Part shown: piece after piece, positions 1-9,038 of the stretch
Layout: each line of letters opens with the position of its first letter
How positions within the stretch are numbered: the first letter of the stretch is position 1
From: a virus
Taxonomy: Duplodnaviria > Caudoviricetes
Length of the DNA: 51,349 nucleotides
Direction: 5' to 3' (one strand)
IMG/VR virus record: IMGVR_UViG_3300006097_000004
Location: 1 to 51,349 of that record
Translations under genes and position numbers: made by a program
The notes under the pieces: model-generated
What the model was told of the DNA's origin: nothing
Database searches by the model: none
The model's input: the letters and a program-made list of their open reading frames with translations, nothing else

Positions 1-403
1 TCCCAGGAGTCCTTGTCAGGGTCCGAGGCGCATACTGCGGATGAACGAGCCAGAGGACTTCCCCGGATTGCACATAATCGAGTGAATGCAACCGCATCAT
101 CTGGCGCAGCAGGGGAGCCGACGGTAAAATCCGTGTAGGCTCCGGGGTGAGACATCCAGATAAAACCTGGCTGGTTCTCTGTCGCGGCGAAAATCAGTCT
201 CGATTCATAGATCTCAATAAGCGATGGGTTGTCCCCGTTCCCGTCTGCCGCGCCAAAATCAGGAGTATCCACAGCTCCGGTTGTAGTATACGTCGGGGTT
301 GCGAATGCCCAGGTATCGGGCGTCCCAGGAGTCCTTGTCAGGGTCCGAGGCGCATACTGCGGATGAACGAGCCAGAGAACCTCACCGGATTGAACGTAAT
401 CGA
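1..403. repeat. 81-bp direct repeat (1-81 and 323-403) with 5 mismatches
   Basis: 1-55 is identical to 323-377; mismatches at 56, 59, 62, 71 and 74 are all synonymous third positions in the tail-protein frame; offset 322 bp (out of frame). Confidence 0.9.
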
Positions 404-749
404 TATCCCTGAGGTCCGAGGAGGAATATGGATAGCTCCCGGTCGTATTATTGACGCTGATCTCTGATCCGTCGCCATAGATAATGGTAACCTCGTTGTC
501 CTGAAACAGGAGAACGATTCCCTCGTCGTCAGCGATCTTGAACGGTATCAGGCACACATCGTCACCATCGACAAGGGCGTGCCCAGCATATACCGTCCCT
601 GGACGTTTCGTCGCTGGCCCGGCGGGAGAAGGGAGCATATTTGTCATTGTTTTGCAGCAGTATGGATACTGAGGAAGGTCAGAGCGCCCGTAAAACCTGG
701 GCGAGACCTCCCCCATGCTGAAAGCGGGAATCTGATAAACCTGGGGCAT
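1..749 (-). CDS. Podovirus tail tubular protein B (T7 gp12-like nozzle), N-terminal part, running off the window edge
   Basis: Not in the ORF track because it is open at the edge. ATG at 749 overlaps the upstream stop (TAATG). Translates MPQVYQIPAFSMGEVSPRFYGRSDL...PAGPATKRPG and DYVQSGEVLWLVHPQYAPRTL, typical of this family; follows tail tubular A. Confidence 0.75.
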   Translation of the reverse strand, partial: MPQVYQIPAFSMGEVSPRFYGRSDLPQYPYCCKTMTNMLPSPAGPATKRPGTVYAGHALVDGDDVCLIPFKIADDEGIVLLFQDNEVTIIYGDGSEISVNNTTGSYPYSSSDLRDIDYVQSGEVLWLVHPQYAPRTLTRTPGTPDTWAFATPTYTTTGAVDTPDFGAADGNGDNPSLIEIYESRLIFAATENQPGFIWMSHPGAYTDFTVGSPAAPDDAVAFTRLCAIRGSPLARSSAVCASDPDKDSW

Positions 750-1333
750 TATTTAAACCTCGCATCGCTCCACTGCCGCTTTCTGTTACTGCGCTTGCGG
801 GAGCTTATAGCATCTCGTGACTTCGCCGTACCGAGTTCTACGGTTGCAAGCGCCATGAGGTCGCTTCTGGCGACACCATCTATAGAATAGGATATTTCCG
901 CTGCGAGCTGCAGCGCGATCGCGTTTATGAAATGTTCCGGGAAGGTTGTGACATCGTCCTCCTGCCTGACGTATATCAAGACAGGATCGTCTATATTGCA
1001 GAAGAACACACCGTTCTCGATGAGAAAATCGTATCCCTTATACTCGACGCCGTCGACATTGCTTAAGCCCTTCGGCTCAAGGACCGGTGGGCTCGACGGC
1101 ATGGCATAGGAATGCGTGAAGGGAGTGTAGTTCTCGACTACTACCAGGGTCAACTTCTTCCTTTCGGTGGCAAAGCTCCACCTGAAGTCTGCGAGAAACC
1201 TGTCCCGTACTGCAGGATACAGCAGGCGAAGAAGGCTTCCCCGCTTGCTGTCGTCTTCGAGGTCGACAACGGGCTCCTCGCCGATATAGCGAAGAGCCCT
1301 ATTGCACAGTTCAGCCTCACTGGCTACCGGCAT
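749..1333 (-). CDS. Tail tubular protein A / head-tail adaptor (T7 gp11-like)
   Basis: ELCNRALRYIGEEPV start, WSFATERKKL, F...FINAIALQLAAEI; lies downstream of capsid and cement genes. Confidence 0.75.
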   Translation of the reverse strand: MPVASEAELCNRALRYIGEEPVVDLEDDSKRGSLLRLLYPAVRDRFLADFRWSFATERKKLTLVVVENYTPFTHSYAMPSSPPVLEPKGLSNVDGVEYKGYDFLIENGVFFCNIDDPVLIYVRQEDDVTTFPEHFINAIALQLAAEISYSIDGVARSDLMALATVELGTAKSRDAISSRKRSNRKRQWSDARFK

Positions 1334-1343
1334 CCCTCACCCC

Positions 1344-1742
1344 TTAGTCAGAATCCTGACCGATGGTGAAGAATACGGATACCTTGCCGGACGCTACCGG
1401 AGTGGTGGCGGCCAGGACAACGTTCACGTATTTGCCGTCCAGCCCCTCGGGGACCGCCTGCCGTATGGTGAACCCCTTGGTTCCCATCTCGGCGGCAGCC
1501 ACGCTGGCCTGCTTGGTCATGACCGCATCCCCGATTACGGGGGGGTCGGTATCTGACACGCAGAGGTTGAAGTCCACGGTCTCGGTATCAACGGAGAAGG
1601 CGGTGTTCACCTTCACGTTGAAGTATATCGGGGTTCCCTTTGCGATCTCTCGCAGGGCCCCGAGGTCGACGATCTTGGAAGTATTACTCCCGTCAGTTAC
1701 CGCCTCATTGTCAATGAAGACCAGGGTCTTATCGGTTACCAT
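1344..1742 (-). CDS. Capsid cement/decoration protein (BPP-1 Bbp16-like)
   Basis: 132 aa beta-rich protein directly after the capsid gene; MVTDKTLVF...IVDLG...GTP and SGKVSVFF pattern. Confidence 0.6.
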   Translation of the reverse strand: MVTDKTLVFIDNEAVTDGSNTSKIVDLGALREIAKGTPIYFNVKVNTAFSVDTETVDFNLCVSDTDPPVIGDAVMTKQASVAAAEMGTKGFTIRQAVPEGLDGKYVNVVLAATTPVASGKVSVFFTIGQDSD

Positions 1743-1753
1743 CTATGCCCTCC

Positions 1754-2725
1754 TTACGCCACAGCGGCTTCGGTGGTGCTGATCCCTTCGAGCATAACGA
1801 GGGGAATACCACGTATATTTGTTACCTGGCGACCGTACTGGTCGACAGTATAGCTCACCAGGTTTGGACGGTTCCGGAGAGCCTTCTCGATCTGGTATTT
1901 GCCCATCCTGTTCGCGTAGATGCAGGCCCCGGTGGTGTCGTCGGGATCAGGCAGGCTGTCCATTGCCCAGAAGAGCATGTCCAGGTCAACCTCGTTGACC
2001 CCGTTGGTTCCAAGGTTCGCGATCCTCTGTACGGCACGATCGTCATACAGGCAGAAACCAAAGTTCGAGTAGAACCTGGTCACCCACTTAAAGAGCCCCT
2101 CGCCGGTGGTGGCATTGGTAACAATGAAGATTCTCTTCATGTCTTCCTGCTTGATCACCTCGGCTCCGCGTCCGCTCGGGTACAGCATGGAGAGCTTTTT
2201 CGGCCCCCACTGCGCGAGCAGGATGCTGGTACAGTTCGAGGATGCTCCGCCGTTGTGTACGTTTGCCTGGCTCAGGTCATTGAGCCGGATTGCCATTCCA
2301 CGGGGTTTGTTTATGTTGTCGGCCGGATCTGCGTACAGAAAGGCGCTTACAACATCCTGGGTATAGCCTTCGAGGTGTCCCATATCATGGTTCAACCGGA
2401 AGGTCATGGGGTCACGCTGCAGGTCGAGCAGGTACTCGTCAATCTCCGAGCGGCCTTCCAGCCGTCCGAGAGCCTCAACCTCCTGTCCTACCTGGTAGTT
2501 TCCGGCGGTGGTTCCCTGGTTTACACCGCGGAAGGTTCCGCCTGGCAGGGCAACCTCTTTGGTGTAGACATGGCTGGTAAGCTCGTTCGCTTCCTCCATG
2601 TGTGCGGTCCGGAAAAGACCGTTCTTTTTGTGCAGAAGTTCGACAATCGGGAGAATATCCTTCCCGTTGTGCATTTTGGCAACGTCGATTATGTTGGTAA
2701 CGCTGCCAAGATTGTAGTCAGCCAT
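1754..2725 (-). CDS. Major capsid protein (BPP-1 Bbp17-like)
   Basis: IVELL...EEANELTSH...LPGGTFRGVNQG, SEIDEYL, TSILLAQWG, VQRIANL, IRGIPL...ISTTEAAV; strong RBS GAGGAGG; lies between scaffold and cement genes. Confidence 0.85.
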   Translation of the reverse strand: MADYNLGSVTNIIDVAKMHNGKDILPIVELLHKKNGLFRTAHMEEANELTSHVYTKEVALPGGTFRGVNQGTTAGNYQVGQEVEALGRLEGRSEIDEYLLDLQRDPMTFRLNHDMGHLEGYTQDVVSAFLYADPADNINKPRGMAIRLNDLSQANVHNGGASSNCTSILLAQWGPKKLSMLYPSGRGAEVIKQEDMKRIFIVTNATTGEGLFKWVTRFYSNFGFCLYDDRAVQRIANLGTNGVNEVDLDMLFWAMDSLPDPDDTTGACIYANRMGKYQIEKALRNRPNLVSYTVDQYGRQVTNIRGIPLVMLEGISTTEAAVA

Positions 2726-2881
2726 TATAGCCTCCTCATAGTCTTAGCCTGTCGCCATTCAACGCTTACCATGATTGCCGGGGGCCTCATGGTCTCCCGC
2801 TTGCCGCTTGAGATTGAAGCAGGACCTCAACCCTCTGCGAAAGACAGTTCAATACGGGCCGCACGGGCCCGTGTATACTTT

Positions 2882-2910
2882 ATCATACACCCTGGTGAAA
2901 AAAACATCAA
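2882..2910 (-). promoter_or_regulatory. Sigma70-like promoter for the capsid gene
   Basis: Minus strand TTGATG-17 bp-TATGAT in the scaffold-capsid gap, followed by a leader of about 150 nt. Confidence 0.6.
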
Positions 2911-2915
2911 GCTGT

Positions 2916-3719
2916 TTATTTTCTCCCCAGCATTGCAGCCATCTCGGGGTACAGTCTCCGGGCGAGCGCCTGGGGGCTGTTGCCGTCAGACCCTCCGCCT
3001 GAGTTTCCATCAGGATTCAGGGACCCGTCAGTGAAACTCTTTGCCATGTCAATCATGCCGTTGACGAACCAATCCTTGACCCCAAGGCCTGACTCGCGGA
3101 TCTCCTTCATACCTTCGACGCCGAAGAATCGCTTCAGGGTGGCGTTGGTCCCGTCGATCCGCTGCTGGTAGTCGTTTGGATACTTCTGCTTGATCTGCTG
3201 TATGGTGGCGTCCCGAGTCTTGTTAAACTCCTCCGCCTGTTTCTGCTGATAGTCCTGTATCCGCTGCTCGTTATACTTCAGGATGGCCTCTGCCTGTTGC
3301 GGGCTCAGGAGGTTCTTATGGGCAAACTCGGCGAACTCTTTGGCAAAATCCTCCGTATACCCCTCGAACGTGTACGCCCCGGGGTCATCTGGAAGCCCCA
3401 TAGCCTTCCGATACTCTGCTATCTCCTGATCAGTCGCCCCTTCCGCCAGCGGCTTCACCGCTCCGTCGTACCCCTGGAGCTTCTGGTTCAGCTCTTCCTG
3501 TGTCGTGTACACGCTTTTCAGATAATCTCCGAAGGAGTCGAACTCGGCCATCTCCGGCCGGACAAGATCCTTCGGGATATTCTGGGTCCACGGCTTATAC
3601 TGCGGTTCCGCGCTCTGGCTTCCAGCTCCCTGTCCATCTCCTGCTGCAGGCTGCGGTGCCTGCATTCCAGGATCAGACGAAGTCGCCTGGGGCGCTCCGC
3701 CCTGATCTACATCACCCAT
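2916..3719 (-). CDS. Capsid scaffolding protein
   Basis: Low-complexity N terminus, YRKAMGLPDDPGAYTF, FAHKNLLSPQQAE, C-terminal ARRLYPEM; lies between portal and capsid. Confidence 0.75.
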   Translation of the reverse strand: MGDVDQGGAPQATSSDPGMQAPQPAAGDGQGAGSQSAEPQYKPWTQNIPKDLVRPEMAEFDSFGDYLKSVYTTQEELNQKLQGYDGAVKPLAEGATDQEIAEYRKAMGLPDDPGAYTFEGYTEDFAKEFAEFAHKNLLSPQQAEAILKYNEQRIQDYQQKQAEEFNKTRDATIQQIKQKYPNDYQQRIDGTNATLKRFFGVEGMKEIRESGLGVKDWFVNGMIDMAKSFTDGSLNPDGNSGGGSDGNSPQALARRLYPEMAAMLGRK

Positions 3720-3732
3720 TCATTCCTCCCGG

Positions 3733-3966
3733 TTATACCGTGATATTGCTGGACTGATCTTTCATGTTCTCGATCCACCAGCGGTCAAAGATTACCTTCA
3801 TCTCTGCGTCCTGGTGGTAGCTCGTATTCCCGGCCGCAATTGCGGTCGCATACTCAGAAACGAAAGCCCTCTCGGTCGGAGTGAGCTTCGTATCTGCCGC
3901 CATTTTCGCACAGACTCCGGTGGTTGCGGTTTTGAATGCAACCCCTACAGGTCCTGTTGACAACAT
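3733..3966 (-). CDS. Hypothetical protein in head module
   Basis: 77 aa ORF with GGAGG RBS, co-oriented with neighbours. Confidence 0.55.
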   Translation of the reverse strand: MLSTGPVGVAFKTATTGVCAKMAADTKLTPTERAFVSEYATAIAAGNTSYHQDAEMKVIFDRWWIENMKDQSSNITV

Positions 3967-3987
3967 ATTGACACCTCCATGGTCTTT

Positions 3988-4329
3988 TTATGCCCTCCCT
4001 CGGGCTTTCCTCTCGTATCGTGCTGACCGTCGCGCTATATCAGCGTTGGCCCTCCTGAGCATTGCCTCGACATGCTCTTCCTCGGTTCCCGTTCCCATGA
4101 TGTATTGAATCCGCTTGAATGCATTCTGCAGAACACGGTCCTCCTCGGTCTCCGCCTCGTTAAAAACCTTCATCATGGTAGCAAGAGCCTGCAGGACGAT
4201 TTTCCCGTTCTTCGTGCTGAAGGTCTCGATAAAGGCCCGGGCCAGCATCTCGCGCTGCTTCTTTGCCTTCGGGCTCTTCTCCGCTGCGGCCTCCAGGGCA
4301 AGGATTATACTGTCTCTCGTGCTTATCAC
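3988..4329 (-). CDS. Conserved small protein after portal (Bbp19-like)
   Basis: FIETFSTKNGKIVLQAL motif and position immediately after the portal. Confidence 0.6.
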   Translation of the reverse strand: MISTRDSIILALEAAAEKSPKAKKQREMLARAFIETFSTKNGKIVLQALATMMKVFNEAETEEDRVLQNAFKRIQYIMGTGTEEEHVEAMLRRANADIARRSARYERKARGRA

Positions 4330-4330
4330 A

Positions 4331-5980
4331 TTATCCTCCGAGTATCTGGCTCGCTATTGAGTTGTCCTGCGGCGTGTTGGTAAACGCAGGAGCAGCTCCT
4401 CCCAGGGCCTTGAGCTTCTCTGCGGCTGCAGCTTCGGCTGCCTGTTGCTGTGCTGCTGCCTGGCGCTGTGCGTATTCCTCCTCGGTCGCGAAGTTCTTCT
4501 CCGGCATGTTGGCGGCCACCATAATATCGTCGATAATTTTCTCCGGATTAAACTTCATACGCGCCTCTGGGAAGATCTGCAGTATTGGTAGGGAGTTCTC
4601 GATTGCTGATACGATGCCGGTGGTCTCGGTAACTTCCTTCTGGGCTTGAGCAAAGGGTCCGATAAAGTCGACCATCATCCCGCTGTCGACAAGCTCCTGC
4701 GGAGGGTCTGGGAGCCTCCCTGCATCCTGTTCGATCCAGAACATCCTCGCCAGGAAGGGCGTGAGAAACTCCTGCTGGCAGCGCCCGACGATGGACCCCA
4801 TCGCGGTTATCTTCTCGATCTTCCGCTCTCTTATCTCGTATGCCGTCCTCCCAGGCTGTTCGAGCTGCATCAGCATCATGAAATAGCGAACCTTGTATAT
4901 CGACCTGATCTTTTCCTGCCACATGGTAACAGACCGCTCGATAGACGCCAGGCTACCCTGTGGGGGAAGCTGTATCGGCAGCTGCCCCGGGTCCTTGTAG
5001 AACCCTACGAAGCCCGCCTCTGTCGAGTATTCATCATCATCGGCCATCTGCTCGGGGAAATAGGTCGGAGGATCTGCGAACTTCTGCCCGACGGCCAGGT
5101 AGGTCCTGACAATCTCATTCAGGGTTTTGATATCAGGCATTGCCTCGGTCGTGAGCCCGTACCCGTAGGGGTCTCTTCCGCGGACCTCCCAGCGCCAGGT
5201 CGGTATCGGTATGGTCCGGAATCCGGTCTCCTCGATCAGCTCTTTCTGCCCGGACTGGAAGGTATATCCAGCCCAGGGCATGTTCAGAACATCCTGCAGC
5301 TCCGGGTTCCTATTATGCCGCTTCTGTACGACGGTTACGAACTTGTATTCAGCATCAGGATTCTGATCCAGAGCGGTCCGCAGGGAATCACTCATCTTAT
5401 CCAGCGCCTCGGGCCATAGGTTTGCTGCCTGCTCTGCTGTCAGCTTATACTCACGGTACACAGCCTCAACCCTTCCGTAGGCGTCGTTGGCGATATAGAT
5501 TTCCCTGGGAGGGATCACAGACAAGACTGCCGTCCCGGTATCAGGATCTTTCCCGATCATCGCCGAGACGGTCTCCAGTGCGACGGCATGTTTATAGATC
5601 GTCGGCGCTATATCGTAGAAGTTGGTCCTGTTTATCGCTTCCCGCACCCGCTCGTTCACCTCCTGGAAGTATTCCCGGATATGCGGCAGGTCGTTCAGCT
5701 CGTTTACCACTGCGGAAAAGGAGAACCATTCCACCGTGGGCGGTGATAGATTCCCGAGCATACCATCGGCCAGGCTGGTGGCAGCTTCGCTCGCGGTTGC
5801 ATCGTACCTGTTGTCCTCATAATCACTGGCATCGGCGTCGGGGTCCATTGAATGCTGATAGGGCAGGACGTACCTGATCGCCTCATTCATCCTCTTCTCA
5901 AAAGGATCTCTGATTCTCTTCAGCGATCCGAGCCGCTTCTCCAGCCGCTCTACGTCTACCGCCCGCCGCTTCTCATCCAT
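4331..5980 (-). CDS. Portal / head-to-tail connecting protein (T7 gp8/BPP-1 type)
   Basis: 549 aa; YDATASEAATSLADGM...PPTVEWF, RWEVRGRDPYGYG...AMPDIKTLN, RTAYEIRER, FIGPFAQAQK. Confidence 0.9.
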   Translation of the reverse strand: MDEKRRAVDVERLEKRLGSLKRIRDPFEKRMNEAIRYVLPYQHSMDPDADASDYEDNRYDATASEAATSLADGMLGNLSPPTVEWFSFSAVVNELNDLPHIREYFQEVNERVREAINRTNFYDIAPTIYKHAVALETVSAMIGKDPDTGTAVLSVIPPREIYIANDAYGRVEAVYREYKLTAEQAANLWPEALDKMSDSLRTALDQNPDAEYKFVTVVQKRHNRNPELQDVLNMPWAGYTFQSGQKELIEETGFRTIPIPTWRWEVRGRDPYGYGLTTEAMPDIKTLNEIVRTYLAVGQKFADPPTYFPEQMADDDEYSTEAGFVGFYKDPGQLPIQLPPQGSLASIERSVTMWQEKIRSIYKVRYFMMLMQLEQPGRTAYEIRERKIEKITAMGSIVGRCQQEFLTPFLARMFWIEQDAGRLPDPPQELVDSGMMVDFIGPFAQAQKEVTETTGIVSAIENSLPILQIFPEARMKFNPEKIIDDIMVAANMPEKNFATEEEYAQRQAAAQQQAAEAAAAEKLKALGGAAPAFTNTPQDNSIASQILGG

Positions 5981-5984
5981 CTCT

Positions 5985-6620
5985 CTACCTCGCTATCTCA
6001 AGGTTAAAACGTTTTTGGTGGGTTATGTATACACCTGGGTGCAGCTCGATGGAGAACCCGGCCTGCTTGCATCTCCAGGTAAATCCCATGTCTTCAGAGG
6101 TCAGCATCTCCTTTCCGCCCGGGGCAATAACGTTCCCGTGCCGGAAGAACTGCGGCCCCTGCGATTCCAGGACCCCCCTCTTCATGAGCAGGAAGCCGAA
6201 GCCGCACATATCGACGTCGATCATCCCGCGATCATTCTTCTCGTAGTCGTTCACATGGTATCCGTTCAGGTATGCGAGGACGTCGTCGCCGTCTTCGTCC
6301 CTCATAAAGCTCGCACAGTTAATCTTCTGCAGACCTATCGGGCAGACCCCGGTCACCAGGTCCCCATCAGCCTCGATGAGGGCCTCTATATCCTCCCAGG
6401 TCCACCGCATATCAGAGTCTACCCATAACATGAAATCGTAATCCGGCAGAGCCTCCAGGGCCCTGACAGCGACCGTGTTACGTACCGTGTAAATATCCGA
6501 GGACTGCGCGTTGACAAAGGCCTGGAAGTATCCCTTACGCTGCTCCATAGTCTCAAGCAGGGACATGACGCAGCCTTCGGTATAGGTAGACCCCGGGGAG
6601 GCTATCGCCAGCTTAATCAA
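5985..6620 (-). CDS. GT-A fold (family 2-like) glycosyltransferase
   Basis: IYTVRN, MLWVDSDM (DxD), DMCGFGFLLMKR, SEDMGFTWRCKQAGF, H...HQK. Confidence 0.75.
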   Translation of the reverse strand: MIKLAIASPGSTYTEGCVMSLLETMEQRKGYFQAFVNAQSSDIYTVRNTVAVRALEALPDYDFMLWVDSDMRWTWEDIEALIEADGDLVTGVCPIGLQKINCASFMRDEDGDDVLAYLNGYHVNDYEKNDRGMIDVDMCGFGFLLMKRGVLESQGPQFFRHGNVIAPGGKEMLTSEDMGFTWRCKQAGFSIELHPGVYITHQKRFNLEIAR

Positions 6621-6928
6621 CGACGGCCCCCGAATTGTCTCGCAGCCCCTGACATCCCCTGGGCCGAGGTTCTCCCCTTTCCCGTTGCTTTGAAGTTCTG
6701 TAGCTCCTCGATTGCATCCAGGACCTTGTTAACGATAGGGGCTACAGCGGGCTCTGTGATCTCTGCCAGGGTGCTGAAAATGGGCCCTGCGAAGTCGTAC
6801 TTCCCGGGCTCCTTCTTCATCTGCTCGATCCTCCGTACCGGATCATTCTGCTCCTGGTCCTCCCCGATGATCCCGTCAGGCTGATAAGCAGCCCCGCTTG
6901 TATCGAATCCTCTCATCACGTCAGACAT
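6617..6928 (-). CDS. Hypothetical protein
   Basis: Overlapping start/stop with both neighbours; RBS GGAG. Confidence 0.55.
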   Translation of the reverse strand: MSDVMRGFDTSGAAYQPDGIIGEDQEQNDPVRRIEQMKKEPGKYDFAGPIFSTLAEITEPAVAPIVNKVLDAIEELQNFKATGKGRTSAQGMSGAARQFGGRR

Positions 6929-7172
6929 CGCTCTCCCCCTTGGTTTGTTTGCTGGTTCTTGTTTTCTTTGCAGCCGGTTTGGCTGCCGGCTTCTCTATTG
7001 GCTTTTCCTTCGGTGCAGCCTGAGCCACGACCTGGGCCCACTCGCCGCAGAAATGCTCCATAGTTACTGTTACATGCTCAGGAAACCTGCTGCACTTCCC
7101 CCGCTTGTTGTTGGTATCGTGCGGAGTGTAAGTCTCCGAGAAATACCTGCAGGTCTTACATATTGCCGTCAT
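6921..7172 (-). CDS. Small Cys-rich (CxxC...C...C) protein with basic tail
   Basis: CKTCRYF...GKCSRFP...FCGEW; coupled to neighbours. Confidence 0.6.
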   Translation of the reverse strand: MTAICKTCRYFSETYTPHDTNNKRGKCSRFPEHVTVTMEHFCGEWAQVVAQAAPKEKPIEKPAAKPAAKKTRTSKQTKGESDV

Positions 7173-7498
7173 ACTACCCTCACCACCCGTGAACTCATGA
7201 CCATCTTGGTCACCTTTTTCATCTTTCCGTCCGGACCCTTCACGTCGATGGCCTTTGCCGTCTTCTCTCGGACCTCGACAGCCTGGCGACCGACAAGACG
7301 CCTCATCTCATTCAGGAAGTCTGCTCTCAGGTCTGCGGATATATCCATCGCATGGACAGCGCAGGCCCGCAGGAAGTCCTCGACGTTCATATCGAACTCA
7401 GCCAGCACCAGGGCCAGCTCCTCCGCGAACTCCTGGGTGACCTCTACCTTCGGTATTGTCGTCCGTTTTCCAGCATCCGCCCCTGCCTCTTTCGCCAT
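7169..7498 (-). CDS. Hypothetical protein
   Basis: RBS GGGAGG; co-oriented with the operon. Confidence 0.55.
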   Translation of the reverse strand: MAKEAGADAGKRTTIPKVEVTQEFAEELALVLAEFDMNVEDFLRACAVHAMDISADLRADFLNEMRRLVGRQAVEVREKTAKAIDVKGPDGKMKKVTKMVMSSRVVRVV

Positions 7499-8190
7499 GA
7501 TTCCTCCCGTATTTTCATCGGATCTGATATTATCGTCCTCGTAATCTTACCCCCTGCGGGCACATACGTCAATGATGCACCGTACAGCTTCACAAAGTAC
7601 CAGCAGATCAGCCCCAGGGCTATGACCATATCATCGTGGATCACGTCCAGCCGGTTCTCGTACTTAACCGATCCGTTGGCCTTCCTCTTCATCTCGAACT
7701 CCGCGAGCTGCTTCTGGATAAGGTCGGCATGTTCAAGCCCGTTGGCAAAGGACAGTCTTCCCGTGTGCAGCAGGGCAATGACAGAGTCCACCAGTTTCAC
7801 TTTCGGCACATTGACAAACCCGTCTTGTCTGGTGGTCTCGTACTCTCCTGCGGTGATCTTCACTCCCCACGGGATTACCTTGCTCTCTCTGATGATATCA
7901 ACAACCGGCGTTCCCACCCCGGTGGCATCCATGATCATCTGGTTATTGCCGATGAACTGCTTATGCTTCGCCAGGTCCACCAGCCTCCGGGCTATCTCGG
8001 TGTAGGGCGTTCTTAAAGGTATCTGCTCTGAATAGACGATAGACAGACGCCTCTCGATTGCATCCTCATGGTAAAGCCCGCCGGTCCTGGCCTTTGTCAT
8101 TGAGGTCGGGGTCTGTATCAGCTTTCCTATCAGTATCGCTGTGGGGTCTGTATCCCTTCCCAGGTCTGCCCCGATTATGTATTCCTTCAC
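7444..8190 (-). CDS. Terminase large subunit, stand-alone RNase H-like nuclease domain
   Basis: YIIGADLGRDTDPTA, MDATGVGTPVVD and HDDMVIAL acidic motifs; GTG start overlaps the ATPase gene stop (GTGA). Confidence 0.8.
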   Translation of the reverse strand: MKEYIIGADLGRDTDPTAILIGKLIQTPTSMTKARTGGLYHEDAIERRLSIVYSEQIPLRTPYTEIARRLVDLAKHKQFIGNNQMIMDATGVGTPVVDIIRESKVIPWGVKITAGEYETTRQDGFVNVPKVKLVDSVIALLHTGRLSFANGLEHADLIQKQLAEFEMKRKANGSVKYENRLDVIHDDMVIALGLICWYFVKLYGASLTYVPAGGKITRTIISDPMKIREESWRKRQGRMLENGRQYRR

Positions 8191-9038
8191 AGTTTCACCG
8201 CCTCGATCCCGTTTGTGGGAATCTGTATACCGCTCTCAATGTTCAGCGCCGCATCTCCGCGCCCTCGCACAAACGCAGCGCCGACCAGGTCGGTCCCGAA
8301 GACCTGCATCTCGTTGTCCACAAACTCGCAGTAATACTCCTGCCTGAACAGCCACTCCGGCATTCTTCGCCGCTCCTGGTCAAGGAACTCCTGAGAGATA
8401 CGCGGGATATCATCTGCAGTAATCTTGATCTTCAGGACGTTTGGATCATCCGGAGCGTGGAACTCCTCGAAGAAAAACCCTCGGCGGCCCTTCGGGCTCG
8501 ACAGGATGATAACCCTGGCCTTCGTGTTGTTGGTTGCTATCATCGGCCTGATGGCATAGTACAGATCGTCGGAGGCCATTGCAGCCTCATCGACGATGAT
8601 CAGATCCGGAGCAGAGAACCCGCGGATAGTGCGCTCGTCGGCCCCTGGGAGGGCAAAGGCCCTGGAACCGTTCTGAAGGACAACAGACTTCGCTGCCACC
8701 GATTGAGGTCTGACATAATCCCAATCAATGTAAGCCCTGGACTTTATGAGCAGCTCCTGGCTCTGTCGCTCAGAAGGGGCAAGGATAAGGGTTAGAGACC
8801 GCTCTCTGGTCTCAAGCATATTCGCCACCAGCGCCGCGTTGATCTCGGTCTTTCCTGCCTGTCTGGTGCAGCAGATGATGGTGGTCTGCGCTGTACCGTC
8901 GGCCACCTGTGCCTGCCAGGGGTCAAGATCCAGGCCCCTGGACCGTATCCAGCGCGAGGGATAAATCTCTGACATGAGATCAGACAGGAGACCATAGGAG
9001 CCCAGCTCGTTATATGGTGATTCCCCGGTCAATATCAT
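8187..9038 (-). CDS. Terminase large subunit, stand-alone ATPase domain
   Basis: LDPWQ, Walker A TRQAGKT, APSERQS, Walker B LIIVDEAA, motif III LSSP, FRQEYYCEF. Confidence 0.85.
   Translation of the reverse strand: MILTGESPYNELGSYGLLSDLMSEIYPSRWIRSRGLDLDPWQAQVADGTAQTTIICCTRQAGKTEINAALVANMLETRERSLTLILAPSERQSQELLIKSRAYIDWDYVRPQSVAAKSVVLQNGSRAFALPGADERTIRGFSAPDLIIVDEAAMASDDLYYAIRPMIATNNTKARVIILSSPKGRRGFFFEEFHAPDDPNVLKIKITADDIPRISQEFLDQERRRMPEWLFRQEYYCEFVDNEMQVFGTDLVGAAFVRGRGDAALNIESGIQIPTNGIEAVKL

Noticed and set aside
1-403. Diversity-generating retroelement TR/VR pair in a tail gene
   Set aside because: Mismatches are not confined to adenines on either strand, all are synonymous, and no reverse transcriptase is present in the window.
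1745-3034. Long + strand ORF (429 aa) and similar antisense ORFs at 4646-5419, 7352-8005, 8058-8795 and 9815-10906
   Set aside because: They mirror well-supported genes on the opposite strand in GC-rich sequence and show no motifs or RBS.
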